DNA of 64,000 bases from an uncultured Acidobacteriota bacterium (GCA_963824165.1 CAWGOM010000002.1:355606-419605), one strand, 5' to 3'. Shown: positions 25,430 to 36,179, counted from the stretch's first letter. Translations and numbers: made by a program. Notes: generated from the sequence alone by a model not told the origin.

Positions 25430-27270
25430 ATGGGCAACGGTTTGCGCGTCGCGAGCCCTCCCGGGCGTCCATTGGCCGTTTTCGACGGCGATTGCGGGTT
25501 TTGCCGGCTGTGGATCGCACGCTGGAAAGCTCGGACGGGTCCCAAAGTGGACTATGCGCCCTCACAGGAGGTCGCGCCGCGCTTTCCGGAGATTCCGCCG
25601 GAGCGCTTCGCGCGCGCCGTGCAGCTCGTCCTTCCGGACGGCGCCGTGCTCGAAGGCGCGGAGGCCGTCGCCGCGCTCTCGGGCCGCGAGCCCGGCTCGG
25701 GCTTCCTGCTCCAGCGTCTACCGCCGAGTTCCCGGCTTTGCGCCGCTCCTCGAGCTCGCGTACCGCCTCGTCGCGCGGCATCGCCCGGCCGCCTCGGCGG
25801 TCACACGCTTCCTCTGGGGCAACTCCGTGCTCGCGCCGACGTACGCGGCGGCGAGCGCCCTGTTCCTGCGATTCCTCGGTCTCTGTTACCTGGCCGCTTT
25901 CGTGTCTCTGTGGGTCCAGATCGACGGACTCGTCGGCGCGCGCGGCATCCTGCCCGTGTCGGAGTTTCTGGAGTGGGTGCGCTCGCAGACCGGCGCCGCG
26001 CGTTACTGGGTCCTCCCGACGCTGTCCTGGATCTCGTCGAGCGACGGGGCGCTCCACCTCCAGTGCGGAGCCGGCGCCGCGGCGTCGCTCCTGCTCGTCG
26101 CCGGCCTCGCCCCGGCCTGGAGCGCGCTCGCCGCGTGGGTCCTGTACCTGTCGCTCTCGGTCGCCGGCCAGGTCTTCCTCGAGTTCCAGTGGGACATTCT
26201 GCTGACCGAAGCCGGCCTTCTCGCCGTCTTCCTCGCCCCGCCGTCGCGCCTGCGCCTGCGGGGCGGCCTCGCGCCCGCGCGGCTCGCGCGCTTTCTCCTC
26301 GTGTGGCTGCTCTTTCGCCTGATGCTCTCCTCGGGCGCCGTCAAGCTCGTCAGCGGCGACGCGGCGTGGCGGGGCCTCACGGCCCTCCGGGTCCACTACG
26401 AGACGCAGCCGCTGCCTCCCTGGACGGCCTGGTTCATGCACCAGCTCCCGGCGGGCCTCCAGACGGCTTCGTGCGTCTTCCTCTTCTTCGTCGAGCTCGC
26501 GGTGCCGTTTCTCTTCTTCGCCCCGCGGCGCCTTCGCCGATTCGCCTGCGCCATGACGATCCTGCTGCAGCTGCTCATCGCGGCGACCGGCAACTACGCG
26601 TTCTTCAACTTGCTCACGATCGCGCTGGCCGTGCTCCTGATCGACGACGACGCGTTCCCGACGGCGCTGGCGGGCGGGCGCGGCGGCGGCGGCCGGAAGC
26701 GGGAGGTGGCCGCGCGGGATTCTCGTCCCGGTCGCGGCCCTCCTCCTCGCTGCGTCCGCGGTGCCCTTCATGGCCTCGCTCGGACTGCGCGCGTCGATTC
26801 CCGCGCCGTTCATCGCCGTCTACCGCGCCGTCGCCCCCCTGCGGAGCGCGAACGGCTACGGCCTCTTCGCCGTCATGACGACCGAGCGCCCGGAGATCCG
26901 GATCGAGGGCAGCGACGACGGCGCGAGCTGGCGCGCCTACGAGTTCCGCTGGAAGCCGGGCGATCCCCTCCGACGGCCCGCGTTCGTCGCGCCGCACCAG
27001 CCGCGCCTCGACTGGCAGATGTGGTTCGCCGCGCTCGGCGACTACCGCGCGAATCCCTGGCTGATGCGGTTCATGGGCCGCCTCCTCGAGGGCTCACCGG
27101 AGGTCCTCGCGCTTCTCGCGTCGAACCCCTTCCCGGACCGTCCGCCGCGGTACGTTCGGGCCGTCGCCTACGACTACCGATTCACCGACGCCGAGGAGCG
27201 CGGGCGCTCCGGCGCGTGGTGGAAGCGGGAGCTGCGCGGCCTCTACGCGCCGCTGGTCGGAGGTCCCTGA
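25430..27270 (+). CDS. DCC (DUF393) thiol-disulfide oxidoreductase domain fused to a lipase maturation factor (LMF) family membrane protein (frameshifted)
   Basis: N-terminal LAVFDGDCGFCRLWIARWKARTGPKVDYAPSQEV (DCC motif). Multi-TM LMF core in a second frame (YLAAFVSLWVQIDGLVGARGILPV...AGQVFLEFQWDILLTEAGLLAVFLAP...YAFFNLLTIALAVLLIDD). C-terminal domain in a third frame (LRSANGYGLFAVMTTERPEIRIEGSDDGASWRAYEFRWKPGDP...HQPRLDWQMWFAALG). Confidence 0.65.
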
Positions 27271-27368
27271 TTCCCGAGTCGAAGAGGGTGGTCAGGGCGT
27301 GCCCGGTGCCCGGGCGCACGGTCCTCGACCTACTCATTGTCGCGAGAAGGCGCCGCCCCGCGAGCCCG

Positions 27369-28714
27369 TCAGACCCCGAAGGTCTCGGCGTTCCAGTCGA
27401 GACCGAGCTCGGAGGGCGGCGCCATGTAGCCCGCGAGCGCCGAGGCCGCGACGACCGACGGGCTCGCGAGGTAACCCTCGCCGCCGACGCCCATGCGGTT
27501 CTGCCAGTTCCGGTTGAACGACGTGATCGCGCGCTGGCCGGGCGCGAGCGCATCCGGCCCCTGGCCGAAGCACGGGCCGCACCAGGACTGGCGGATCTCG
27601 CCGCCGACCGAGCGGAAGACCTCCGCGATCGACTCGCCCGACGAGGCGCGGGTCCGGCCTCTCGATCTGCCGCCCGACGCCGCCCGAGCCCGGGAAGATC
27701 GCGAACGCGCGCGACGACCTTCTTGAAGCCCTGCGCCCGCGCCGGCGCGCAGCACGAGCGCGGCCGAGAGCAGATCGTCGTAGCTGCCGTTGGTGCAGGA
27801 GCCGATCATCGCCTTGTCGAACGTGATCCGCTCGCGCGCGACCTCGTCGGCCGGGAACGCGTTGCCGGGACTGAACGGCTTGGCGATCATCGGCTGGACG
27901 TCGCCGAGAGTCGAGGGTCTCGTCGATCTCGTAGCGCGCGTCCGCGCCGGGCGCGACGCGCGGGTAGGGGAGCTCGGCGATCCCCTTCGCGCGATACCAC
28001 GCGTCGGTGATCTCGTCCTGGCGCGAAGATGCCGTTCTGCGCCTCGGCCTCGGCCATCATGTTGGCGATCGTGTTGCGGTACGGCGATCGGGAGCTGCCG
28101 GTCGGCGTCCACGAACTCGACCGACATGCCCTGCGACTGCTTCGCGCCCCAGCGCCGCAGCAGCTCGAGCACGATGTCCTTGCCCGTTCACCCAGGGCTG
28201 GAGCGTGCCGCGGAAGACGACGCGGCGCTGCCGGGCGAGCGTGAAGTAGATGTAGCCGGTCGACCAGCCGAAGCCGAGCGTCGTCGAGCCGACGCCGATG
28301 CCGACGGCGCCGTACGCGCCGTACGCGCGGCTGTGCGAGTCGGCGCCCGGGATGAACTGCCCCGGCATCACGAGGCCCTGCTCGGGGAAGTAGAAGTGGA
28401 AGATGCCGTCGCCCGGCGTCGCGTAGTACGGGCTTCTCGAGGCCGTGCGAGCCGCGCGAACGCCGCGCCGATCGCCGTCTGCCGCGCGTCGTCCGCGCCG
28501 GCCGGTGAAGACGAAGTGGTCGTTCGCGATCGCGGCCTGGCGCGGCTAGATCGTGCGTCCGCCGGTGATCTGGTTGAACGTGTGGATCGCGAAGGGCGCC
28601 GTGCCGTCCGAGGCCGGCAGCAGGTCCGCGTAGACGCGCAGCGTCGCGCCCGGCGCGCACCTCGGCGTCCTTGTCCACGCGGTGCGCCCAGACGATCTGC
28701 TCGGTCGTCGTCAT
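27369..28714 (-). CDS. aconitase-family hydro-lyase large (LeuC-like) subunit (frameshifted)
   Basis: MTTTEQIVWAHRV... at the start, FIPGADSHSRAYGAYGAVGIGVGSTTLGFGW, KAMIGSCTNGSYDDL, and C-terminal SFNRNWQNRMGVGGEGYLASPSVVAASALAGY. The start overlaps the upstream gene stop (ATGA). Confidence 0.6.
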
Positions 28715-29434
28715 GCGTCCGCGCGAGCTCGGGGTCCGGGAAACGCGGACCTCGGGCCGCGCGCGCACCGACGTCGCGGAACTCGCGGCGGCCGACGGCG
28801 AAGATGCCGCCGCTCGACGCGGATCTCCTCTTCCTTCGGCGACAGCGGCACCGGCGTCGTAGGTCTTGCCCCGCGTCTCGTTCGACAGCGCGTCGCGTGG
28901 CCGGGTCGAAGGCGAAGCTCGTCGCCGTCCTGCGCGTCCTCGACCGCCTCGGCGGCACTGCACGACGTGCAGCCCGAGGTTGAAGCGCGTTGCGCCGGAA
29001 GATGTCGCCCATGTTGTCGCCGCAGACGACGACGAGCTCGAGGCCCTCCTCCTCGGCGACGCCCTTCAGGCCCGCCGGGCTCATCTCGCGCGAGGAGCCG
29101 ATCGCGAAGCGGTCGCCCGCGACGAGGAAGGTCTCGCCGCGGTGGACGCGCTGCGCGGAAGTCCGGCATGAGGTAGCGGAACGAGCCCGGCCTTCCAGCG
29201 CTCGTCGAGCGTCTCGAGGCTCTCGGAGACGCAGTCGGCGGCCGGCGTGATCTGGTCGGTGTCGATCGCGTCGAGCTTGCGGCCCGGCGTCTTCGGGTCC
29301 CAGAAGATCAGCGCCCTCCCGCGGAGCACGCGCGGCGCTTCCGCCGCGGGCGTGTCGGAGGGTCGGGGCCCGGGAAGGTCGGCGGGGAGGACGCCCGGTT
29401 TGAGTCGCGCGGGCTCGAGCCTGTGTTTCGTCAC
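28711..29434 (-). CDS. aconitase-family small (LeuD-like swivel) subunit (frameshifted)
   Basis: RGRALIFWDPKTPGRKLDAIDTDQITPAADCV (IDTDQI motif), GDRFAIGSSREMSPAGLK and CGDNMGDIFRRNAL, in at least two frames. Confidence 0.55.
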
Positions 29435-29446
29435 AGGCCGGCAATC

Positions 29447-31210
29447 CTACCGCGCCGAGGGTTCGCCCGGGAGCGAGTTGACCTGCGCCAGGTCCGCGCG
29501 GCGGACCCGCTCCTGCCAACTCAGCTCCTGCGCCTGCTCGAAGAGGCGCGCGGCTCGACCGAAGGCGAGCTGAGCGGCGTCGTAATCGCGCTGGCGGAAG
29601 AGACGCTCCCCTTCCTGCTCGCTCACGCGGCCCTGGCCGAAGATCTCCCCCGCGGTCTCGCGCGCGTTCAGACGGTCGGCCGCGATCCGTGCGAGCGCGG
29701 CTTTCAAACGCAGGTCCTCGGCCGGCTGGCGCAGCTCGGGACGGACCTTCTTCGCGGCGCGGGCCGGTGGTCGATTCGCCGCCTTGACGACCACGGGCGC
29801 GGCGATCGCCGGCGCCGCGGCCGGTACGACGGTCTCGGGAACGACCGCGGGCGCCGGCGCGGGAGCGGGAACGGGAGCGGGAACGGACGCCTCGAGCACC
29901 GCCGGTTTCGGTCGGCCGGGGCCGCGGGCCGACTGGACCTGGGTCGCGACGAAGAAGGCGCCGACAGCGACTCCGGCGGCCGCGGCGAGCGCCGCGAATG
30001 GGCGCGCCCACGCGCGGGCGAACGCCGGGAGAGGCGGCATCGATCGGCGGCGGGCCTCGGAGAGATCCACGGCCGGTTCGACCAGAAGAGGCGCGGTCTC
30101 CCCGGACGCCTCGGCGACGGGCGCGGGCGTCGGCGATGCCTCGACGGCGAGAGGCGGCGCCGCTTCGAAGTCCCTCTCCGGAACTTCCTCCGCAGGCAGG
30201 TCGCCACGGCGGCGGCGCGGCGTGCCGGGCGGCGGCAGCGGCGGAGGGATCTCCGCGGGTTCCGGCAGCGTCGGTCCGTGAACGACGACGGGGTTGGTCG
30301 ACTCCCAGTCCGAGGAAGGCGCGACGCACTGACTCTCCGGATTGAGGAGCTTGTAGAGAAAGAGCGAGAGGTTCGCGGTGTAGAGCGAGAACGGATTGCC
30401 GGTGACCATCTGCTGCAGGGCCCGGTGGGCCTCGACCGCCGACTCGAATCGGGTCCCGGCCGGGGCGAGGCACTTTTTGAGGAACGCCTCGAGCTCCTCG
30501 GAGCGCGGGTCGCCGGCGCGAAGCTCGGCCGACGGCGTGTCGAGCGAGGGCCGGCGTCCGGTCAGCAGCTCGATCAGGATCGCGCCGAGCGAGTAGACGT
30601 CGGAGCTGGCGCCGACCGGCCCTCCGTTGCGGACCTCGGGCGCGAGGTACGGCCCGATCTCCGCCGTCAGGCGCGCGGACTGCATCGCCGGCAGCACGCC
30701 GTCGGCGACGCCGAAGCCGCCGACGCGCACCGCCGCGTCGTGCGAGATCGAGACGAAGCCGGGCCACAGGAGCCCGTGGTCCGCCGGCCTTCCGTCGATC
30801 AGGGTCTGGTGCGCGTGCTCAAGCGCGGCCGCGATGCGTTCGACGATGAGAAGCGCGTATTCCGCCGGGATGCGGATCCCGAACGCCCGCACCCGCGCGA
30901 GCATGGTGTCGAGCGTCCATCCCGCCGTCTCGTCCCACGTCAGGAACGGGATCCCATCGACCTCATCGAGCTGGGCGCGCGGGACGATCGCATCGTGGAC
31001 CATGGCGCCGCGCAGGGCGTTCTCCCGGACCGCGCGATCGATCGACTCGCGCGAGAGCTCGGGGGACTGGAGGAGGCGAAGCCTCACGAAACGCCGCTCG
31101 TCGGCCGCGTAGAGCGCGCGGAAAACGGTGCCGAGCGAGTCCTCGGAGAGCTGGGCGACGAGGAGGTAGTCGCCGAGGTGGCGCGAGAGGAAAGGGGCCG
31201 GAGTCGTCAT
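29447..31210 (-). CDS. Ser/Thr protein kinase-like protein with degenerate catalytic motifs (probable pseudokinase), TM segment and C-terminal helical/TPR-like region
   Basis: Intact 587-aa ORF. The kinase fold is recognisable (YLLVAQLSEDSLGTVFRALY...FVRLRLL...YLAPEV...SDVYSLGAILIELLTG). However HRD is replaced by HGLLWP, DFG by GFG, the VAIK Lys by Arg, and the Gly-rich loop is degenerate. A Pro-rich linker, a TM helix (PFAALAAAAGVAVGAFFVA) and a C-terminal ERLFRQRDYDAAQLAFGRAARLFEQ region follow. Confidence 0.7.
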   Translation of the reverse strand: MTTPAPFLSRHLGDYLLVAQLSEDSLGTVFRALYAADERRFVRLRLLQSPELSRESIDRAVRENALRGAMVHDAIVPRAQLDEVDGIPFLTWDETAGWTLDTMLARVRAFGIRIPAEYALLIVERIAAALEHAHQTLIDGRPADHGLLWPGFVSISHDAAVRVGGFGVADGVLPAMQSARLTAEIGPYLAPEVRNGGPVGASSDVYSLGAILIELLTGRRPSLDTPSAELRAGDPRSEELEAFLKKCLAPAGTRFESAVEAHRALQQMVTGNPFSLYTANLSLFLYKLLNPESQCVAPSSDWESTNPVVVHGPTLPEPAEIPPPLPPPGTPRRRRGDLPAEEVPERDFEAAPPLAVEASPTPAPVAEASGETAPLLVEPAVDLSEARRRSMPPLPAFARAWARPFAALAAAAGVAVGAFFVATQVQSARGPGRPKPAVLEASVPAPVPAPAPAPAVVPETVVPAAAPAIAAPVVVKAANRPPARAAKKVRPELRQPAEDLRLKAALARIAADRLNARETAGEIFGQGRVSEQEGERLFRQRDYDAAQLAFGRAARLFEQAQELSWQERVRRADLAQVNSLPGEPSAR

Positions 31211-31416
31211 GACCTGGCCTCCGCGCCGGATGCTCCGGGCGTCGAAGAAGGCTCACGCCGGCTACCCGCAACAGGGATCAATGCCATCGTCCTCTTTGGA
31301 TTCAGAAGTTTAGCAGCTTCCGTGCCGTCGGTCGGGGAGAGCTTCCCAGGGACTTAAGCGCTTGAAATCAAAGGCCCGGTGGCCGGTCGGACAGGGGCTG
31401 GCCAGCCGAACCGGTG

Positions 31417-31452
31417 ACAAAAAAAGGCGGAAGCGCCGGGTGCGCCTCCGCC
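31417..31452 (-). terminator. rho-independent terminator for the FKBP gene
   Basis: On the minus strand: ggcggaggcgcacccggcgcttccgcc hairpin followed by a TTTTTTT run (plus-strand A7 at 31417-31423), 20 nt after the stop. Confidence 0.5.
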
Positions 31453-31471
31453 TGATTGTCCAGGGTCGGGG

Positions 31472-31942
31472 CTACTTGACCGCGATGAGCTCGACCTCGA
31501 AGATCAGCGTTGCGTTGGGCGGAATGACGCCGCCGGCGCCGCGCGACCCGTACCCGAGCTGCGGCGGGATCAGGAGCAGCCGCTTGCCGCCGACCTTCAT
31601 GGTCGCGACGCCCTCGTCCCAGCCCTTGATCACGCGGCCCTGTCCGAGCGGAAACTCGAACGGCGTTCCGCGATCGACGGAGCTGTCGAACTTCTTGCCC
31701 TTGGCGCCGTTCTCCCAGAGCCAGCCGGTGTAGTCCATGACGCATGTCTGGCCGGTCTTGGGCGAGGCGCCCGTGCCTTCCTTGATGTCCTCGTACTGCA
31801 GGCCGCTCGGGGTCGCTCTCATCTTGGACTCTTTCTTCTCCGCGCCGGGGGCGGGAGTGGGTTTCACGTCGTCGGCCACGGCGGGCGCGACGGCGAGCGC
31901 GGCGGCCAGCGCCGCGGGGAGAAACGAGGAGGTCCGCTTCAT
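31472..31942 (-). CDS. FKBP-type peptidyl-prolyl cis-trans isomerase (secreted)
   Basis: Intact 156-aa ORF. Signal peptide, then [108 protein letters not shown]. Confidence 0.85.
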   Translation of the reverse strand: MKRTSSFLPAALAAALAVAPAVADDVKPTPAPGAEKKESKMRATPSGLQYEDIKEGTGASPKTGQTCVMDYTGWLWENGAKGKKFDSSVDRGTPFEFPLGQGRVIKGWDEGVATMKVGGKRLLLIPPQLGYGSRGAGGVIPPNATLIFEVELIAVK

Positions 31943-32028
31943 CGCATTACGTCCTTTCTGACTTCGGCTTCGAGTCGAACGGTCAAAACGCGGAAGTCTA
32001 CCGCACCCTTCCAGACCCGCGGCGCGGC

Positions 32029-32796
32029 GTGTTACAGATGGCCCGCGTGCGGGCGGTGCTGGTGCGGGCGGGGTTCCTGTCGATCGGGGCGATCTACGTC
32101 GCCATGGGCATCGTGTCGGCGCGGGTGGCGCTGGCCGGCGCCCGCGACCCGGTCAACGGGGTCCCGGGAGCGCTGCGCTTCCTGCTCGACCGGCCGCACG
32201 GCGGGTGGGTCCTCGGCGCGGTCGTGGCCGGGTTGGCCGGGATCGCCCTGGCCCACGCGACCCGTGCGGTCCGCGGTCCCGGCGGCGCGATCCTGCGGAT
32301 CGGCCTCGCCTGCAATGCGCTGGGATACGCCGCGCTCGCCGTGACCGCGACGCGCCTCATGGTCCATGCCGGCCGCTCCACGGGCGGCGCCGCGCTCGAG
32401 CGCGAGGGCGTCTCCTGGCTCCTCTCGGAATCCTGGGGCGCCTTCGTCCTCGAGGCGATCGGGGCCGGCATCGTCGCGGGCGGCCTCTGGGAGATCCTCC
32501 GGGGGCTTCGCCGCAAGTCGCCGCTGCGCGGCGGCCGCCTCCCGCGGCCGATCCGCCCGGCGCTCGCCGCGGTATCGCGATTCGGCCTCGTCGCGCGCGG
32601 CGTCACCCTCGCCGCGCTCGGTGCCTTTCTCATCCGGGCCGCCGAAGACCTCGACCCGAGGATGGCCCGCACTTTCGGGGGCACGCTCGACGCCCTCGCC
32701 CAAACCGCGTTCGGCCCGGCGTTTCTCGCCGTCGTCTCCGCCGGCCTCGTTTCCTACGGCGTCTACCTCTGGGTGGCGCCGGCCCTCGAGGTCTGA
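32029..32796 (+). CDS. DUF1206-like membrane protein
   Basis: Intact 255-aa ORF with six predicted TM helices in an internally repeated arrangement. The start could be MARV at 32038. Confidence 0.6.
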   Translation: MLQMARVRAVLVRAGFLSIGAIYVAMGIVSARVALAGARDPVNGVPGALRFLLDRPHGGWVLGAVVAGLAGIALAHATRAVRGPGGAILRIGLACNALGYAALAVTATRLMVHAGRSTGGAALEREGVSWLLSESWGAFVLEAIGAGIVAGGLWEILRGLRRKSPLRGGRLPRPIRPALAAVSRFGLVARGVTLAALGAFLIRAAEDLDPRMARTFGGTLDALAQTAFGPAFLAVVSAGLVSYGVYLWVAPALEV

Positions 32797-32800
32797 CGCG

Positions 32801-34234
32801 TCAGTTCAGCCCCAGCCACTGGCGGAGGGTCTTCCCGACCGCCTCCGCCGACGGCGGATCGAGATTCGAGAGCACCACCACGGTGTAACCGGTGTCGAGG
32901 TCCATCTCGAGGGTGGCGTTGACGCCGGGCGCTCCGCCGGCGATGCCCTTGCCCCCCTCGAGCTTCGCCGGAGGCCCGGCGGGCGGCTGCGCCTGGTTGG
33001 AGTAGTACCAGGCGGTCCACGCGGGCGAGAGGAGCCTGCCGCCCCGCATCGCCATGTCGAAGCGCAGCATGTCCGCGGCCGTCGAGTAGCCGCCCCCCGC
33101 GGAGCTCCCTCGCGCCGGCAGCTCGTAGACGTTGGCCCGCGTCTCGGGCAGCGGCTTGCCGTTCTCGTCCCCGGACACGTAGCCGATCGCGCGATTCGGG
33201 ACGACGGCGTCCTGCATGAAGGAGTCCGAGCTCGTCATGCCGGCGGGCCCGTAGATGTTCTCGCGGACGTAGTCGTAGTAGCTCCTGCCGGAGACCTTCT
33301 CGATGATGAGGCCGAGCACGACGTAGCCGGCGTTCGAGTACCGCCGGCTCGTGCCCGGCTCGAAGAGGAGCGGATCCGACGCGAAGATGCCCAGATAGTC
33401 CTGGAGCGTGCGGATCCGCGCCTTAGGCGTTGCGTCGAACTTCTCGCCGAAGAAGTCGCCGAGACCCGAGGACATCGTGATGAGCTGCTGGATCGTGATC
33501 CGGTCCGCCGCCGGCAGAGTGGTGTCGGGCAGGTGCTTGCGGATCGTGTCCGAGAGCGACAGCTTGCCCTTCTCGGCGAGCTGCGCGATCGCGGTCTGCG
33601 TGAACGTCTTGTTGATCGAGCCGAGGTTGAACTTCGTGTCCTCCCGGTTCGGGACCGCGAACGACCGGTCGGCCATCCCGTACGCGTTGTGGAAGAACGG
33701 CGTTCCGTTCTTGGCCATCAGGACGACGCCCGAGAACTCGCCGGCCCCGGCGAGCTTGCGGAGGTGCGCGTCGGCGGCCGCGGCCGCCTCCGCGTCCGAG
33801 CCTTTGCGGCTCTCGCGGACGACGTCGGGGCCGTCGACCTGCTCGAAGCGCACGCCCCGGATGCCGTGATCCTCGGCGGGGTCGAGCATCATGCCGACCT
33901 CGAGCCATTCACCGTTTCTCTTCGACCGTGCGAGGAAGGACGCCTCGCCGGGGCCGGCCTCGAGCATCTTCCGGAACTCGAGCGGCCCGACCTGCTGAGC
34001 GATGCCCGAGAAGCGCTGCACCCGCTGGTCGAGGGGTGTTTCCTTCAGCGCGCCGGCGGAGAAGTTCCCGGCGACGAAGCCGCGGATCGCTTCCGGGGTT
34101 CCCGCCTCCAGCGCCTTCAGCAGCGCCTGGACGCGCCGGCCCTGGGGCGTGTCGGGGGGGGTCGGGCCGTCGGCGCGCAGGGCCGCGACCAGGCAGAAGA
34201 AAACCGCGAGGGCAGACGCGTGGCGAAGTCTCAT
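32801..34234 (-). CDS. serine hydrolase, beta-lactamase/transpeptidase family (secreted)
   Basis: Intact 477-aa ORF. Signal peptide, SxxK motif GSINKTF, YxN motif YSNAGY, and a C-terminal beta-lactamase fold region. Confidence 0.8.
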   Translation of the reverse strand: MRLRHASALAVFFCLVAALRADGPTPPDTPQGRRVQALLKALEAGTPEAIRGFVAGNFSAGALKETPLDQRVQRFSGIAQQVGPLEFRKMLEAGPGEASFLARSKRNGEWLEVGMMLDPAEDHGIRGVRFEQVDGPDVVRESRKGSDAEAAAAADAHLRKLAGAGEFSGVVLMAKNGTPFFHNAYGMADRSFAVPNREDTKFNLGSINKTFTQTAIAQLAEKGKLSLSDTIRKHLPDTTLPAADRITIQQLITMSSGLGDFFGEKFDATPKARIRTLQDYLGIFASDPLLFEPGTSRRYSNAGYVVLGLIIEKVSGRSYYDYVRENIYGPAGMTSSDSFMQDAVVPNRAIGYVSGDENGKPLPETRANVYELPARGSSAGGGYSTAADMLRFDMAMRGGRLLSPAWTAWYYSNQAQPPAGPPAKLEGGKGIAGGAPGVNATLEMDLDTGYTVVVLSNLDPPSAEAVGKTLRQWLGLN

Positions 34235-34284
34235 GCCTCCGTCTACGCGTCCGCCCCCGGGAAGTTACGCGAGTTTTTTGGACG

Positions 34285-35332
34285 CTACGCCTTCATCTTG
34301 GCCAGGATGTCCTGGATCCGCTTCTTCTGGACCGGGTCGGCCGTCAGGGTCAGGGCCTTGTTGTAGTTCTCGATGGCGGCCTTCGTGTCGCCCTTGGCCG
34401 CGAGCGCCTCGGCGAGGCTGTCGTAGGTGTTCCAGGAGGCGGGATGGTCCTTGATGTTCTTCCGGAAGATCGCGATGGCCTCGTCGGTCTTCTTCTGGCC
34501 GAGGAGCTGGTAGCCGAGCAGGTTGATGTCGGCCTCGGTGGCGATCTTCATCGCCTGCGCGCGCAGATCCTCGGCCGCTTTCGTGTCGCCCTTCTTTTCG
34601 AGGATCGCGGCCTTGGTCCGAAGGTTCGCGAAGGTCGTCTGCGTCGTGATCGAATGGTCCGCCCAGCTCAGCGCCTGGTCGAGGTTGGTGTCGTGCTGCA
34701 GCGCCCACTGCGCCGCCTGGTTCCAGGCCTGCCAGCCGAAGCGCGGCAGCCCGCGGAGCTGCTTCTCGAGGCTGTCCATGACGACCGCGTTCGTGTCCAC
34801 CGTGAGGGGGAACGAGACTGCGAGCTTCTCCCACTGCATGACGACGTCGACCGAGGTTTCGGTCGGGTTCTCGAAGCGGTACTCGAGGCGCTCCTCGAAG
34901 TCGGCCGGCTTCGGCGTCGCTGAGAAGCGGACCACGTCCTCCTTCTCGTCGTAGGTGAAGCTGCCCCACGCCGTCGACGCGTTCGACAGCATCACCGTCC
35001 AGTCCTTCTCGGTCGGCAGCATGTGCAGGCCGTACGTTCCGGCCGGGCATCTTCCGGCCGCCGACGGTCACGGCGGAGGAGAACGCGATCGTCGTGTTCT
35101 CGTTCGCGCCGGCGCGCCAGGTCTGGCCGTAGGGAACGAGGTCCCCCCAGACCTTGCGCTTGGCGACCGCGGGCCGGTGGTAGTCGATGGTGATGTCGGT
35201 CAGGCCCACGACCTGGCTGACGGTGGCCGCGGGACTGGCCTGCGGCAGGTTCAGGGGTGGAAGCTGCGCGACCGCCGCCCCGGCGGTGGCGAGAAGCCCC
35301 GCCAGCGCGAAAGAAAAGAAACGGCTCTTCAT
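34285..35332 (-). CDS. DUF2911 domain protein with C-terminal TPR repeats (one frameshift)
   Basis: Signal peptide MKSRFFSFALAGLLATAGAAVAQ. DUF2911 core VSQVVGLTDITIDYHRPAVAKRKVWGDLVPYGQTWRAGANENTTIAFS, then a frame change near 35030. TPR-like C-terminus (AIFRKNIKDHPASWNTYDSLAEALAAKGDTKAAIENYNKALTL). Confidence 0.65.
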
Positions 35333-35412
35333 TTGACCTCCTCCTTACGGGTGTCCTTGGAGGTCCTTACGGGGAACGGGGCGGGGGGTTTATCGGGAGA
35401 GTACCGGGAGCG

Positions 35413-36127
35413 TCAGGCGGCGCCGGCCACGGCGGGGTGGGCGGCGGCGGCTTCGGCTTCCGCGCGGCGGGAAGCGCCGTTCTTCAGGGCGCAGAACAGC
35501 AGGTCCGCCCGGCGGCGCACGCCGTGCTTGACCAGGAGGTTGGAAACGTGGAACTTCGCCGTCCGCTCCGACATGTGGAGCCGCCGGGCGATCTCCTTGT
35601 TGGAGAGGTTGTCGAGCACGGCTTCGAGGACCTGCCGCTCCCGGCGGGTCAACCCCTCGAACCCGGTCGCATAGACCCGCAACGGCACGGTGCAGAGGGC
35701 CGAGTCGACGAAGCGCGACAGGAGCGCGCGGCCGACCCAGAGTCCCCCGTCCGAGACGGTCTGCAGGGCGGCCGTCAGGGAGCGGCCGGCTTCCTCGTAG
35801 GTGAGCATGCCCTTTGACGCCGAGGCGCAGGAGAGCGAACGCCGTGTGGTCGGCGAAACGCTCGCCGAGCACGAGGACCCGGGCGGCGGGTTGGCGCGCG
35901 TGGATGCCGGTCACGACGGCCTCGGTCACGGGCAGCTGGGGATGCGCCTCGACCACGTAGACGGAGGCCCGCGGGACCGAGAGGTTCTCGAAGTCCGGGA
36001 TCCGGTTGGCCTCCAGGCGCCGGGCGGTCAGGCGCAGGCCGGCGTCCGAGATGAGCCTTTCGAACTCCGGCAGGACCAGCGGATGGCACCAATAGAGACC
36101 GACCGTGGAAGAGCGATGAACCGTCAC
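35413..36127 (-). CDS. LuxR-family transcriptional regulator with an N-terminal receiver-like domain (one frameshift)
   Basis: C-terminal LuxR HTH LTRRERQVLEAVLDNLSNKEIARRLHMSERTAKFHVSNLLVKHGVRRRADLL. N-terminal domain (RLISDAGLRLTARRLE...RVLVLGERFADHTAFALLRLGVKGHA) in a second frame. Confidence 0.55.
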
Positions 36128-36179
36128 CGTTTTGGAGGGTAACGGATTCCTGTACGCAGGGCAACCCCAAATTTTCGGG

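Noticed and set aside
23616-28010. A 1464-aa plus-strand ORF spanning several known genes
   Set aside because: This is an artefact of 70% GC, where stop codons are rare in off-frames. It runs antisense through the 667-aa gene, in-frame through part of the LMF gene, and antisense through the LeuC-like gene. Its composition is Arg/Ala/Gly/Pro low-complexity. The same reasoning rejects 44743..47184 (-), 12740..14806 as a single 688-aa protein, the 397..1038 extension of the TolC-like ORF, and the many Arg-rich antisense ORFs in the track.
31211-31471. tRNA or other structured RNA in the 260-bp intergenic region upstream of the kinase-like gene
   Set aside because: Several GC stems are present (ccggttcgg...ccgaccgg, ctggccag), but there is no acceptor/D/anticodon/T-arm arrangement and no GTTCGA-type T-loop. 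The region is best explained as the FKBP terminator plus the kinase promoter. No tRNA genes were found anywhere in the window.
31362-31733. The plus-strand 123-aa ORF overlapping the FKBP gene
   Set aside because: It lies antisense to a strongly supported FKBP CDS, has no RBS and no homology.
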